Made by a program: the position numbers and the translations under genes. Below the pieces are notes generated by a model. That model worked only from the letters and a program-made list of their open reading frames with translations, ran no database searches and was not told where the DNA came from. This document shows, one piece after another, positions 29,761-42,520 of a DNA stretch of 64,000 nucleotides. Within the stretch, counting starts at the first letter, position 1. Each line of letters begins with the position of its first letter. The stretch is from the human T2T-CHM13v2.0 reference genome, Homo sapiens, in NCBI RefSeq assembly GCF_009914755.1, contig NC_060930.1. One strand, 5' to 3'.

Positions 29761-32700
29761 TTAAATGTTTAACCCTAATATAATTGTGAGGAAATAATTT
29801 AACAAATCCAGATGGTGGCACATTCTACTAGACAGCTGATCTGGACTCTTCAAAAATATCAATAACATGAAAGACCACAAAAAGCAGGGGCTCATTCTAA
29901 TCGATTTAAACAAAACTTAAATAACATGACAACTGAAAAAAGCATATGCATGCCCCTAGACTCAGCCCATGAGCAGAAGGTTGCAGCCAGGTAAGTCTGA
30001 TTTTGAGGTATATTCAGTGGAAAAGACACTACAAGGAAAGCGCTTTCTGATCATCCCCCGCCCCCAGGTGCGGCATGCACAGTGCGTGATGTGATGATTC
30101 TGCGGCTAGAAAGGGGTACATTCATGGACTGAAAGAGCACATTTTTCCTTTGAACTAAGGAAAAGATCCTTGGGTGATGTTGAAGGCTGTGCGGAGTGTT
30201 TGTGAGGAGTGAGGCAATTCCCAGGGATTTTTCTTCTACAAACACACAACGGGGGTGAGAAAATCAGACACAAAGTCAGGCTTCATGAGGCTAAGGAAGA
30301 ACTTTTCCTCCTTTAGCGAATTTTCTGGAAGCCCTGCCGAGGCTACCCCCACCCCATGAACGCATCCAATGCTTTTGGGAACCTGTGCTAATCTGTCGGG
30401 TTTCTGCATATCTCTTTGCCCAACCAAAGGGACCCCAGACCCTGCCACCTTTGTCCGGAAGAGCTGGCCTCGGAGGGACAGAGACTCTGAGCCTGCGTCC
30501 CAGGAAGAAAGTCACAGGTAGGAGCTTCGGGCCCCCTCGCTCTCCCCAGCAGCACCACCCACTGGCAAAGGACCCAGGTCTCTTTCTCCAAGGGACAGGG
30601 GGGTCGGGAAAAAGAAAAGACAAGACTCTCCTGTGGGAAAGAAACACATGTGAGGGTGCTGGAGGGTTTCCTTCCTTCTTCTGGAGTTTTAACAAAAATA
30701 GACTCTGGGATGAGGTTGTAGGACAAGGAAGTGCTCCCTTGCTTGACTGGTGTTCTTTCTGCCCTCACTGGAATCTGCTTGGCAGCCGAGGGCGGTGACG
30801 TTCCTGTAGCTTCCGTGGGGAATTCAGGTGCGTGTGTGTGCGCGTGTGTGTGCGTGTGTGTGATAAGCTGTTTTCATTTTACCATCCTAAAAAAAGAAAA
30901 AGTCAGACGAAGGCACAGAAAACGGCTGAGGAATTCCTGGCAAGGGCAGACTCACCCACTTACTAGCTTTCCGCTTAGCTTGCCACCGGGACACTTCGAT
31001 AGTCCAGGAGACAAATCTGCTTCCTCTCTGGGGCTCTCCCGGTTGAGAGGTCGGCGGAGTTAGCCGTCATCTTTCCCTGTAGGTTCTGAGTCTATCAAGG
31101 TGCAGCCCAAATGCAGAGGAAGCTCCCGCACCCAGGGTTTCCCCTGGCGAGTGACCGAGCCCCTCTGACCAAACGCGCGCTCAGGCGCCTTATGGATCAC
31201 ACGGTTCCAATGGCCCGGGAGACAAGCAAACGTGCCAAGCGTGGGCTTCGATAGAATACTCGCCTCACCACCGTGGCACGGAGAGAAAGCCCTGATTTCT
31301 CTTTCATTCCTAAAGGGCTAGAATTCTGTCGTCTAAAACCTGCCTCATGGAAGCCCGTGGAAAAAACTGCCTGCGGAAGAGACGAGGTTGTGAGCGCTTA
31401 TAGCACAGATGGAGCAGAGTGACCACAGCTGAGGGAAAACAATGAACTTTATGTTCTTCCAGAACAAATTACACACTCCCCCCAGCCCATAAAGGCTTTT
31501 TATGTAACTGCAGTCAGGCAATACCTGGGCAGGGAGCGACTGCGGGGGATCCCACATCCCTGCGCGGCTCTTGCCTCGGGCAGCCCCACCACGCCCCTCC
31601 CAGCACCCAGGGTGTCTCGGCCCTGCCCAGCCGGGACCCACCTCGCAGGCCCTTTTTCCCACCGGGATTCAGGCGTTTCATGCTGACTTGGGCCCTCGGG
31701 GGCCACGGGCCAAGGGAGGAGGGAGGGGCAGGCACCTCGCCATGGAAGCTGGTCTCTGGAGGAGCCCCCAGCCTGGCAGGGCGCTGGGTGAGACAGGTGG
31801 CTGGCCACCAGCCGTGGTGGCGAGGAACAGCGTGGGCTGCAGCGCCCTCACCATAACCGATGGCGACAACTGAGGCAGGCCCAGGACTTAGAAATTAGCA
31901 TTCAAAATGTACAGCCTAAACACCCTGCACCAAAAGCCCAGCCTGCTCTCTAGGCGTTCCATCAGCCGTCCATGCTGAAACGTCCTTCAACCTCACCGCC
32001 CCCTGCAAGCCCTCCCGCTCTCCAGCCGTGCGCAGGCAGGCCACGGTCCCCCCCACCTGTGTCTCGTGTGACAACAAAGCAGAGGAGGAAAGGGAGGGGC
32101 TGAGCTTGTCACGGGGGGGTGGGGGCCTGCGACACAATAGCGCGCAGTCCTAGCTGCTTTATTGAGGATACTGTGTTGAATAAACCAATGACTAAGAGAG
32201 ACGAAGGTGAGCTTTCTGTAATTCCCGGGAATCGTCGGAGGCAGTTACAAACATTTTGTTTTATCAGTTAATTTCACCCATCATGCCCCCTCGTGGGAAC
32301 CACAATTGAGGTCTCTCCACAGGCTGTATTTTTAGGTGACGCACCCACATCTAAGGCAGCCAGGATGGTCGGAAAGTGTCTGCCAGCAGACTGGGGATCC
32401 CCAGGGGCCCCATCAGCCCAGGGCTGCTCCTCAGGATGGCCGCGGGGCCGTGCCGGCCGGGGCACACCAGGCCAGGGTGGGCGGCTGTTCCTGGACCCCA
32501 GCGGGCGTCTGCCTCCCCTACAGCGGGTCCGGGCACCCCGGGTCTACTTCCAGTTCAGAAGCGCAGCACTGAGTAGGGTGAGGTGGTCATGGCCCCTTCT
32601 TCTCTCAGTGAGCATCTGGACCCTGGGGGCCACGTGCCTCACACAGACTCTCCAGCAGCTGCCTAGGTGTGGATCGCTTTAGGAAACTCAGCTCCTAGCT

Positions 32701-33427
32701 CCCTAACTTCTGCACACACTCTTCCCTGAAATCACTGGGCCTGAGATTGCTCCTCGGGGCTCTCCTTCCCACCTCCCTCCGCGGGTGCCAGCCTGCACTT
32801 TGCAAACCACGGGGGGCTTGCACCTCCCCTGGCCCTCCTCCGCCTTCCCACCCTCTTCTCTCCCCGCCTCCACTACCCAAGTTTACCGTGGAGCACCAAA
32901 AGAACAGCTTGGTTTAGGGGGTCTTCTTTGAGGAGGGGTAACAACGGGTTCAATATTAATTTTGGAGATAATGTGAGCCACGCTGGCCAAGCACAGCCCT
33001 CAGCCCTTTCAGCAGAGCCGTGTGCTGCACACACATCTTCAGCTTTTCTGGGCCTCCGTTGCCTCTGGGTACATTTGGATTTGAAGCTGGAGAGAACCGA
33101 GCAGAAAGCAAGGAAAACGAAGTTCATCGAGGGCTTTTTGGCCCGCGGTAGGGGAACAGGCCCACCGAAACACACCCCGGTTTCCCACAGTGACGTTCAG
33201 CTGCTCTCTCTCCCTCATGAGCTGGAGTCACGCTACGGACCCAGCCGTAAAGCCCTTGCGGTGTATTTCCACTCCAAATGTGGTAGGAAGGTCCTTGGCT
33301 TGCAAATGCTTTGTCCTAAGGCTCAAGGACTTCACCTGGCAAACACATCTCACCACCTTGCTGGTGCGAAACCGCCTGGGCTTTCACTCCAGCCGAGGCG
33401 AGGCATCTAAGTGCGCTTCTCCGGGGT

Positions 33428-33445
33428 TGCCACTAGATGGCATCA
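33428..33445 (+). promoter_or_regulatory. Candidate CTCF binding site
   Basis: TGCCACTAGATGGCATCA closely matches the CTCF core CCASYAGRKGGC. Motif match only; no binding data. Confidence 0.55.
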
Positions 33446-33614
33446 GAGCTCCATCACGGTCCCTGCCCACCGGCGCCTCAACTCAGACTGGATTCCTGCT
33501 GGGGAAACCGAAAACAAAAGGAGGGGAGGGGGCGCGGGTGGGAAATAATTTGCCAATACTTTCTTATGAAGTTGAGAAATAACTAAAGCCACCGGTTCCA
33601 GTCTTGAAAACCAA

Positions 33615-33696
33615 GGCCCATTGGCAGTGGGTTATCAGAACTTACTAACTTTAGAGTCACTGAAGTTGGTATACAATGCCCCACTGTTAAATTGGT
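33615..33696 (+). pseudogene. Y RNA (RNY4/hY4) retropseudogene
   Basis: ggcagtgggttatcagaacttactaactttagagtcactgaagttggtatacaatgccccactgttaaatt aligns with hY4 as I recall it (GGTAGTGGGTTATCAGAACTTATTAACATTAGTGTCACTAAAGTTGGTATACAACCCCCCACTGCTAAATT). Followed by an A-rich tail and a TSD-like aaaac(c)aagg(c/t)cca. Confidence 0.88.
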
Positions 33697-36600
33697 AAAT
33701 AATCCAAACAAACAAACACAAAAAACAAGGTCCAATTCTAGCTTATTTGGAATCATAAGAGAACACCATGCATTAAACCCATAGCAACTAAGTTTGCAAC
33801 AAATAAGTACAAAAGATGGAAGCTCTCTTTAATTTGTAGCCCCAAATAAAATGCCACTGATCGCATCCAGCATGTCTGAAACAGGCTAGTAAATAACGGA
33901 TTTTTAAAAGCAATTTCTTTTCTGTAGACGCTGATGGACAAGAAAGCTCATCTTGGCTGGAGTTGAACATGGGGAACTTCTTGGTTCCTCTCACTCTTTC
34001 CTATTCTCAGAGCCTCTCTTCTGTTTAAGACATCACCTAAGATCCCAGGCTCCTCCTCCCCCTGTTACAATGTGCAGAGTGAAGTTCCAATAGTCAACTT
34101 GCCAAGAGACAAGGCTTCATGAAAATTCTCCCCCTGGGAAAGCCAGAGTCATTTGCCCTGGAGGCTCACAGGGACACACACACACACACAACCAGCCCAG
34201 AAAAAACAAAAGAACAGCCCTCAACCCTCCTTACCAGCCCCCTCCCCCCAGCTCCAGTTCTGGCCCCTTCCCTGCCTCTGCACCTCCCCACGATAAGCCC
34301 CAGAGATAAGATTATGCCAGGTGACAAGGGAAATCCACACTCCCGAAGACTGTGCCCCTAACTATCCCCCCCATCCTCATGTTAATTCTCAGTGCCTTCA
34401 TTTTGTGAATCAGCAAATGTTATATAAATGATTTACCATTTAAAGGTGCGATAACATCAGACCAGAGGGAGATAAGGGGCTTTGTGTGACACTTGAAGCC
34501 ATGGTGTTGGGAGTCACGGAGGCTTTCCTTCTCTGGCTTCCCAGGGCTTTAGGCCCCTTGTTTATCTCTTCCTCTCACCAAATTACTTCGGGCCATTTAC
34601 ACGTCTCCTTCCCCCACCAGCTCAGCTTCCTTCTCTTCCCACGCCTTCTGTGAGGCTCTCTGCCTGTCCCACCGCTGGTCCCATGCTTATTGGTGGGGAT
34701 TTCTCAGAGGCTTCTCTGGATGTGTTCTGAGCTCTCAAATGGCAAACAGTGTTTTTCCAAATTCTGTTTTCCCACTGTGTAATTTTAAAACCTACACAAT
34801 CATACAAGCATCACCCCCTGACCTCGGCCATCATTTTTATTTTGCATTTTCTTTAACATTCTCCATCCAAATGAATCCATCTGCAGCTCGCCATTCCAGG
34901 CTTTGCAAAGTCCTCATTCTTCTTTTTTGGTGTGATCCCATTAAGTTGATGTTTTTAGTAGTGGACATCTAGTTGGCTTAAAATATTTCACTGTTGAAAG
35001 CCTCACTTGTGTTTAACATCGAACTCACACTGGAGTAAACTAGTATGATATGCATGTTAGTCATTTATGCATATTTACAAATCTAAATATCTGTTGCGAC
35101 ATATAAAGGATGACTTTTCCTAGACTTCATAGCTCCCTTTGTTTCAAACTATGATGCAATTTTTTCTGAAGCTCATTGAGACGGCTTATACACAAACTAT
35201 GATGGGGGAGAGGCACAGGCAGGTGCTCTGAGGGGAAGACTTCCTTGGCCCTGCAGGCATCTGAGCCTCTCCCAGCCATGCTGCCCGCCTCTGTCTGCGG
35301 CTTCTTTCCTTAGCAGAGTGAGACGCGAACACACGGCTCCCGGCAGCATGGGGACCCTTCGACTCTCGCGACAGAACCATAACTTCAGAGCCCCACCACA
35401 CTCTCTCACTTGCGGTTTATCCTCGTGTTTTAATTTCCTGTATTTACAGTTTTTCTCAAAGGCATTCCGAAGGTTCTCCATTGAATCATCTCACTAAAAC
35501 CCCTCTTAAAAGACAGCTCAAACGTCTAAGTTATAAGAGATAGATATGATTCATTCCTTTGAGAAAAAATAAACTGAGGCACAGCTAAGCCCGTCGTGCC
35601 CCTGGGCCTGATGGGCCGGCGGGGCCTTGCACTGCCTGGTCTAACCTGTGGCTGCTGGTGACCAGGCTGTGTCCCCCGGACCTCCTCGGCCTTCAATGGA
35701 GGAAGGTCAGATTTCTCAGTCAGATTTTGCTTGGAGAGCCCAGCTATTTCGTTCCATTGAAATAATTGGAGAAGTTCTTTTTTCCACAGGCATCCTGCCT
35801 GCACTTCATCGTGTGTATTATTTTGGATTTGCTTCAGAAAGAAAAATGGCCTTTCACGGCGTTTACGGAATGTGGGCAGAAATTGGACCGGGCAGACATA
35901 GAGCTCCGCACAGAGATGGAAAATATTCAGGGTGAACACGCACACTCGACACCCACGCTCCCGCAGAGAAGCGAGCCCCAGCGCTGGCCCCACACCTGAG
36001 TGCCTCCTCCGCCGGAGACCCGCCAGCGGCCAGGCAGCCTCTGCTCCCCAGGCCGGCCTCCGCACCTGCTTTATCCGCCCTTGGGTGGCTGCGATAGGAA
36101 GGTCCAGAAGTTTCCTGCCCGTGTGCACTAAAGTGCTCCGTGTGCCTGCGCCCCGGGACCCACCTGCGGAGGCCTGGAGAGGCCCAGCCAGCCCAGTCTC
36201 CTCTGCACCTGAGGAAAGGAAGCGGCTGCCCCTAGAACGGAGGAGCTGGCTGAGAAGCTCAAATCCTGGGACCGCCCCCTGCCCCCCTCCAAGTTCTGGA
36301 TGCCAGTGGGTGCGGGTTTCCCCTGCTGTCTTCACCAGAGGGGCCTTCTCTACGCCACCTCCTCCCTCTGTCCCTTCTCCTCCCCAGGGCCCAGGGTCTC
36401 TAATGAAGGAAACGATTACGTCAAAGCAATCAGCACCGAAGTTTCAGAGAGGTCCTGTATCTTTTAAAACAGAAAGGACAGAAGGCGTCTCAAGCTGCAG
36501 CCAGAAGGTCCGCAATCCAGCCAGCAGACGCCAAGGGACGCTCTGTGCATGGCCATCCCGGGGGTTTCAGAGGCATCACCAAACAGGGGAAGGGGAGCTT

Positions 36601-37490
36601 CCCTGCGACGTCTCTCCCTGTCACACAGTTTGCTCCCTATGGTCATCAATGAGCCCTTCCAAATATGAGGGAATTTGCACCACAGTCCTCGTGCTTCCTC
36701 AGAGAAGGTCGTCGCAGTAAAAGGCCCATCACACTCTTTCTTCACAGTTCTGGACTCTGATCTCTTTTCTGATGCCACCCCCATTCTGTCTTCTATCCCT
36801 CCACATCCACCTAATGTCAAACTTTAAAAATAATGCATATTAAATGGCCAGCAATTGGTCACCTGGGGGAAGATGAATTGAGGCCATCCAGGGACACACC
36901 AGAGTGAACCCTCAAAATTCCAGAAACTCTTCCTAAGAGAAAGAAATTATGCATCCATCATTTTCTTTTTGCCCCAAATGTAGACACAACATTTGTTTGC
37001 CTGGTGGATAAAACTGAAAGTTATGCTAATATTGGAAACCCAGATCTGGGCATATCAGAGAAATTTGTTTTTAAAGGGACATTGCTAAGGACTTTGAATC
37101 CAGCACTTGACCTGTATTTCATATTACTCTGATCTAGTCGGGGATGCCTTCTAGGTTCTAAATGCTTAATTGGAAAATGTCTGGCACAGCCAGAAAATAA
37201 AGCCCAACTCTCCTTTTATGAGATTTACAGCAGACTGTCAACACCATCTGATAATTGAATCTCCTTGAAATCGGCAGAGCTATAGAGATATCATCAGGAA
37301 AGCTGATGTACAAACAAGCAAGAAGAAAAAAAAAGAATTAGAAAAACTGATTTTACTCCATTTAATGCATAATCAAGGGAAATGCAAAATTTGCCCAACT
37401 AAGGAGAAAGAGAAATACGAGGTATAGTTTTCTCAAGCTTTGTTTAGAAGCAAAAGGATCCCTCCACTACACTCCAGCCTGGGTCACTAA

Positions 37491-37491
<1 letters not shown>

Positions 37492-37555
<64 letters not shown>

Positions 37556-37580
37556 CACACACACACACACATATATGTAT
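37492..37580. repeat. Compound microsatellite (CA)n(CT)n(AT)n(AC)n
   Basis: Four adjacent dinucleotide runs, directly visible. Confidence 0.95.
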
Positions 37581-38389
37581 TTCCATATATATATGGAAAT
37601 ATTATTGTCATGCATTAGCTCTTTTAAAATATCCAAAGACAACCTGAAATGAACAAAGCAGGAGGACCTGGGTGAGTCTGAGCCCATTCCAGAAAAAAAC
37701 AGTTGGCAGCAGTAAGAGTGGTGTTTACTAGAAAATTAACCTACTTCCAGCAGACAGTAGACAATGTGACTGATATTAAACAAAATGCGTGGATGTGTTT
37801 GCCTTGATGTTCGAAGGGTGGAGCTGCATCTGTTTTCCTATTATGTAAAACCCCTGCCCCGCTCCTGCCAAAACATTCTCCCAGTGACACGTCTGCCCGC
37901 CTCTGGATGCGTTCCTTACTAAAACAAATACGCCTAACACCGCATCTTTGATAGCAAATGCTCACAAAGGCAAACAATGAAAACTCCTAGGGTGCGTTTC
38001 TTGGGATGGCACCGGGCACCATGCGGAATTGCCACACACAAAAGCAAAACAGTGCTCCTGGCTGACTGGGCCAGGCCCCAGAGGTCAGCAACTTTTAGTA
38101 ACTTGCTCTTTCTCGGCGAGTAACTAATTTCCCCCGCTCTGGGCATCCCGCAGTCCTTCCCTAAGAAGTCACTCTGTGTGTAGATGTTGTCTCTTTGAGG
38201 AGAGTGATAACTACTCAAGCAAACCATTCTTATAAGCGCACACTCTCACGAATAAAAGGAGAGTGTCTCATGGACGATACTGGCACCCTATAAAAGTGCA
38301 ATTCAGCCTTATCTAATCTGGTGCGTGTTTCATCACAGGGACATGCAATAATGGCAGCCTTTGTGCTGAAGGAAGAAGGAAAAGCTCTC

Positions 38390-38960
38390 ACGCGCGGGCG
38401 AGGTGGCGGGGGTCTGTGACCCGGCCCGGACTTTGTGCCCAGCTCTCAGTGAGGACTTCGCGGTCCTGGGGCCAGTAGGTGAGAAAATGATGGATGGGCC
38501 GGGTGGGCGACGGCAGGAACGGCCTGGAGAAGGCTTCCTCCTCCCATCTGCTCAGGAAGGACCTCAGCGCCAGACTAAACACAGGCCGGCGCGGCTGCGG
38601 TGTGCGAGCTCGCGCGCCGGCCGCCGGCCTTTAAAAGCACCTTCCTGCGCACGACGGGGAGACACCGGGAGACCAGGCGCCCCGACCCATCGGCTGGTCT
38701 TGAGGAGAAGCAGGACCGCCCCAGACTGTCGCCGCGGCCGGCAGGGCCGGGCGCTCCGCGGGGAATCTGGGCCGCGGTGCCCTGTGCCCCACTCCGGCAG
38801 GACTGGGCTTCCCCGGCTCTTCGAGGGAAGACCGCACAGAGAAGACCCTGGGCACCCCTGTGGCGGGCCGGACCCCGGGAAAGTAGGGCCCCTGCTGCCC
38901 CGCGCACTTGGTGGCCAAACACCTCCGGAGCCTGAGGTCTTGGGCCTCCTCTGGCTCTGC
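38390..38960. promoter_or_regulatory. CpG island (upstream, no gene recognised)
   Basis: High GC with dense CpG (cgcgcgggcg, ctcgcgcgccggccgccgg). Borders approximate. Confidence 0.7.
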
Positions 38961-40199
38961 GTCCGGGGTTCTCTTCTCTCCCCCAAGGGTTGGCCTTTGG
39001 GTCAATCGTCCAGACCCAAGCCAAGCTTGTGTTGGGCAAGGGAGGAATTCCTGGAAAAGGAAAAAGCCCCTGCCACCCTCCGCCCTTCATTCATCTTCCC
39101 TGCCACCCACTCTCTCCTTTTCCCTGCTCCTACCCCAACCCTGACCCTCAAGGCCTACCTGGCCAAAGACAACAGCTGCGTTAGTCGCTAGGCCTTGGTG
39201 GGACTGAAGGCGGAGGAGCCTGGGCATCTGCTGGGGGAAGGCCGCACTAGACTGCAAGTCCTGGGTAGAAGCCCTCCCCATCTTGGGCCAGCTCTCTTCT
39301 GAGAGCCTCAGTTTCCCTCTCTATGATGCCAAGGGCTTGACTTTGGTGACTTCTGGACAGCCCCGGCATGGTGTCCTGGAGGTGAGCTACAACCTGAAAC
39401 CCACCTCCTGCTGCCCATCCCTCCTCCAGCCTCCTCTGGCTGACGTCTGCCATGGGTCCGAGAGGAACTGCTCCTGCTTCCTCAGTGTTCTGAGGCTCCT
39501 GGCCTGCCTGCCTGCCTGCCCATCTGTCTGGAGCTGTGGGTAAGAGCGGGCCCACCATTGAGGCAGGGGCAGAAAAGAGCCTCTCTGCTTTATTTGCTGT
39601 GTTTTCTGGAGAATCTTCCTTGGGGAAACTAAATGAAGGGAAAAGCAGGAGAGGAGCCACCAGATAGCATCCAGGAGGAGAGAACAATGCATTCACCAGC
39701 AGGTCCTTTATTCGTTTATACAGAATGTCTGTGTCCAAATATATACCATTTTTCTGTGCATGCGCGTATACCAGTTTCTCCTCATAGCACTGGCGTGAGC
39801 ATCTCTAGAAGAGTATGGAAGTGTGCAGATAAACCAGACCAGTGCAAGTCAGTATGTGTACACATATATAATAGATTCAACGGTTGCTGTGGGTAAACAT
39901 CCTTCCCATAATAATTAGTATTTAGCTTCATGGATGTCTGCAAAGGGTGCTCTGTTACACACCCAGCTGCTAGAAGAAAGCCAAACACGGAGCAGGCCTC
40001 TATGTGTTTGTTGATTACATGGATTAGTAAACGTATCATCGATCTGAAATGCACATTTTTTTTTTCATTTTAGCAACTGAAACGGAGATGAGATTTACCA
40101 CTGATGATATTTAATAATTTAGTTTTTTCCCCTCTTAGTGGCTCATAAGCACTGTACCTTATCATAAGTGGCGTCTTAGATCCAGTGAGCCTGTGCAGA

Positions 40200-40368
40200 G
40201 TGCAACTGCGAGGGCTGTGTAATCTTGGGAAAGCTCTCTCTTTTCTTTAAGCTCAGTTTCCTCATGTGTAAGATGTAGATCATAATATCCATGTCAGCGT
40301 CCTTGTGAGGATTAGGTGAAAGGAGTGTTTAAAGCACACAGCAGGATGACCGCATACTAAGTGTTCTG
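40200..40368. mobile_element. MIR SINE
   Basis: MIR core: ctcagtttcctcatgtgtaagatg...ttgtgaggattaggtga...taaagcac. Confidence 0.75.
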
Positions 40369-41369
40369 TGCATCCTACCAGTCTTTATAATTGTGGTTAT
40401 GAGTGTCCGTGTTTAAGATTGGAGAAACATGGAATAAATTTGCCTCTCATTAGCGTGCACACTCTGCCCCAAACCCCTTTTTTTGTGGGGGGAGGTGCTG
40501 CTCCATCTAGTGAGTGGGGAGATTTTCTAATTCCCACTGGGGTCCTTGTGACCCCAAGCCAAAGCGGACCTTTAGTAAATGTAAATTCTGCATTTCTCTG
40601 CTGCCTTCATTTATAGTCAACCCGGTCGGACTAAAAAGAACTACCAGGGCGACCATAACTAAACACTACAGAGCAAGTGCCTCCTTTCCTCGCAGACATT
40701 TATTTCTGTGGAAATTCGCCTGTTTGCCATAGTTTGTCTTTTCTTATTTCTTCACTTCCAAACTAAACAGCCCTAATCCGAGCGCATACCTCTCTGTGTG
40801 CCAACGTTTCGCCTGTGTCTGTGTCTGCTGCGTATGTAAATACGGGCGAGCCTCTCTGTGGGCAAAGCCATAGGTGTGCATGGTCCTTGTTCCCATAGGC
40901 GACATCGGGGTGTGTGATTGCACGTGGGGGTGTGAGGCCTCGCCAGCACCGCCACTCACTGGTCCTGTTCTCGAAACCGGTTCTTTGGAGGCTCAGTTTT
41001 TGGTAATTAAGACTAAGGAGTGTTTAAAAAACAGAAGTACATTTTCCTGGAAACCAGCAGTCTTTATTTGCAACTTTTATTGGCAAACCTGGCTGCCAGT
41101 AAATACATTCCTTGGCATCTCCCACAATGTAATTCACTGGATGGAGCGGCCTTGCTTTTTCTGTAACGTGTACGTCAATTAAAAGGGCCGCCTGGAAGGA
41201 ATGCGTAGCGGTGGCTGAAAGCCCCAGTCTCGGGTCACCTCCCTCCACTCCAGGAACAAAAGCGTCCGTGGTCTGTGCCTGGAAGTCTGAGAGGGTCTCC
41301 CCGATGGGGCTGTTCCCGCCCGGACCCTGAGGGATGAGAGTTGCAGCCTAGAAAACCAGGTGCCAGGCC

Positions 41370-42520
41370 CTGCGGGGTCCCACGCGGGCGGCGCGGTCTT
41401 CCCCAGGCCTCCTTCTCTGGAGACCCGGTTCCCAGGGGACGCTGTGCGGGGACAGGCGGAGCCGGCCCTTGGAGCCCGGCGCGGGCAGAGGCGCCGCGGA
41501 GACAACGCCTCCGACGGCAGGGGGCGCTCGTAGCACGCGCAGTGCGCGGTGCGGGCGCCCAGGACGGCTGCCTGGCCCCGGGTTCCCGAGGCGCGGGACC
41601 TGCCGGGGTGAGGTGCCCCCAGCCTGAGAGCCCCAGCCTGGGTCGGCCAAGGGGCCTCCGGGCTTCCACATCGTCCCTTTTTCTGCTGACGCTCGCGGGG
41701 AAGCGGCGGGAAGCCTGTGAGGGGCGGCCTGGGAGCAGACGGACCACCAGGTCACCGGCGCGCGCTGCCAGGCGCCGACCCACTCGCGAGGACCAGCGGT
41801 TCCCGGAGGCGTCGGCCCTCAGGTCCTCGGGGGAGGCCGGCTGCACCGAGCCGGGTGTCGGCCTTGTCCCTGTCCTGAGAGGTGCAAACACCGGCCCCGG
41901 CCCAGGCCCCCGGGGCTCCTGCCCAGAAGGCTCAGAGCTGGGGGCCGACCGCGCCTTACCCGCAGGAGGCCCGGCGGTGCGTCCGCGTTGGTGCCACTCC
42001 CCGGCCGGGGTGAGGGACGTCGGAAGGAAGGTCCCAGGGCGCAGGGTTCCGCGAAGGGAGCACTCGGAAGGAAGGCTGGCTGCGGCCCCGGCGCCTGGGT
42101 CCGCTGCGGCGCCGGGCCGGAGACCTGGGAACAGCCAGCCACCTGCAAGGTTGCAGCCCACCTCACCCCGCCGGCGGCTCCGGGGCTGTCTGTGGGTCTG
42201 TCTCACGGGGCAAAGCCTTTCTTCCCACACCCACAGCCAAGGCGCGTCCGTGCAGGGGCACACGCCTTCTGCTCCAGCCCCAGGAAGGCGCTTTCGCCCT
42301 GCAGTCCTCCGACGGCCGGCTCCCGCCGCACCGCGCACCCTGGCTCCGGCAGACTCTGGGGCCTGGGGACTCGCCCACCCTGCGCGGCGCGCCCCCCACA
42401 TGAGCCGAGGTTGGGAGGCTGCGGGGCCTCTGTCCTCCCAGGCCGTGGAGTGCGGCGGCCGCTCTGAGTCCGCTGGGGACCTGGATGGAGAGAAACTGGG
42501 GCTCGTTCGCGCACACATGC
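41370..42520. promoter_or_regulatory. CpG island, likely FOXCUT promoter region
   Basis: About 1.1 kb of very GC- and CpG-dense sequence, ~5 kb upstream of FOXC1. Confidence 0.8.

Noticed and set aside
35526-39191. 260-270 aa ORFs at 35.5-36.7 kb and 38.4-39.2 kb
   Set aside because: GC-rich non-coding sequence with no recognisable domains or convincing exon structure.
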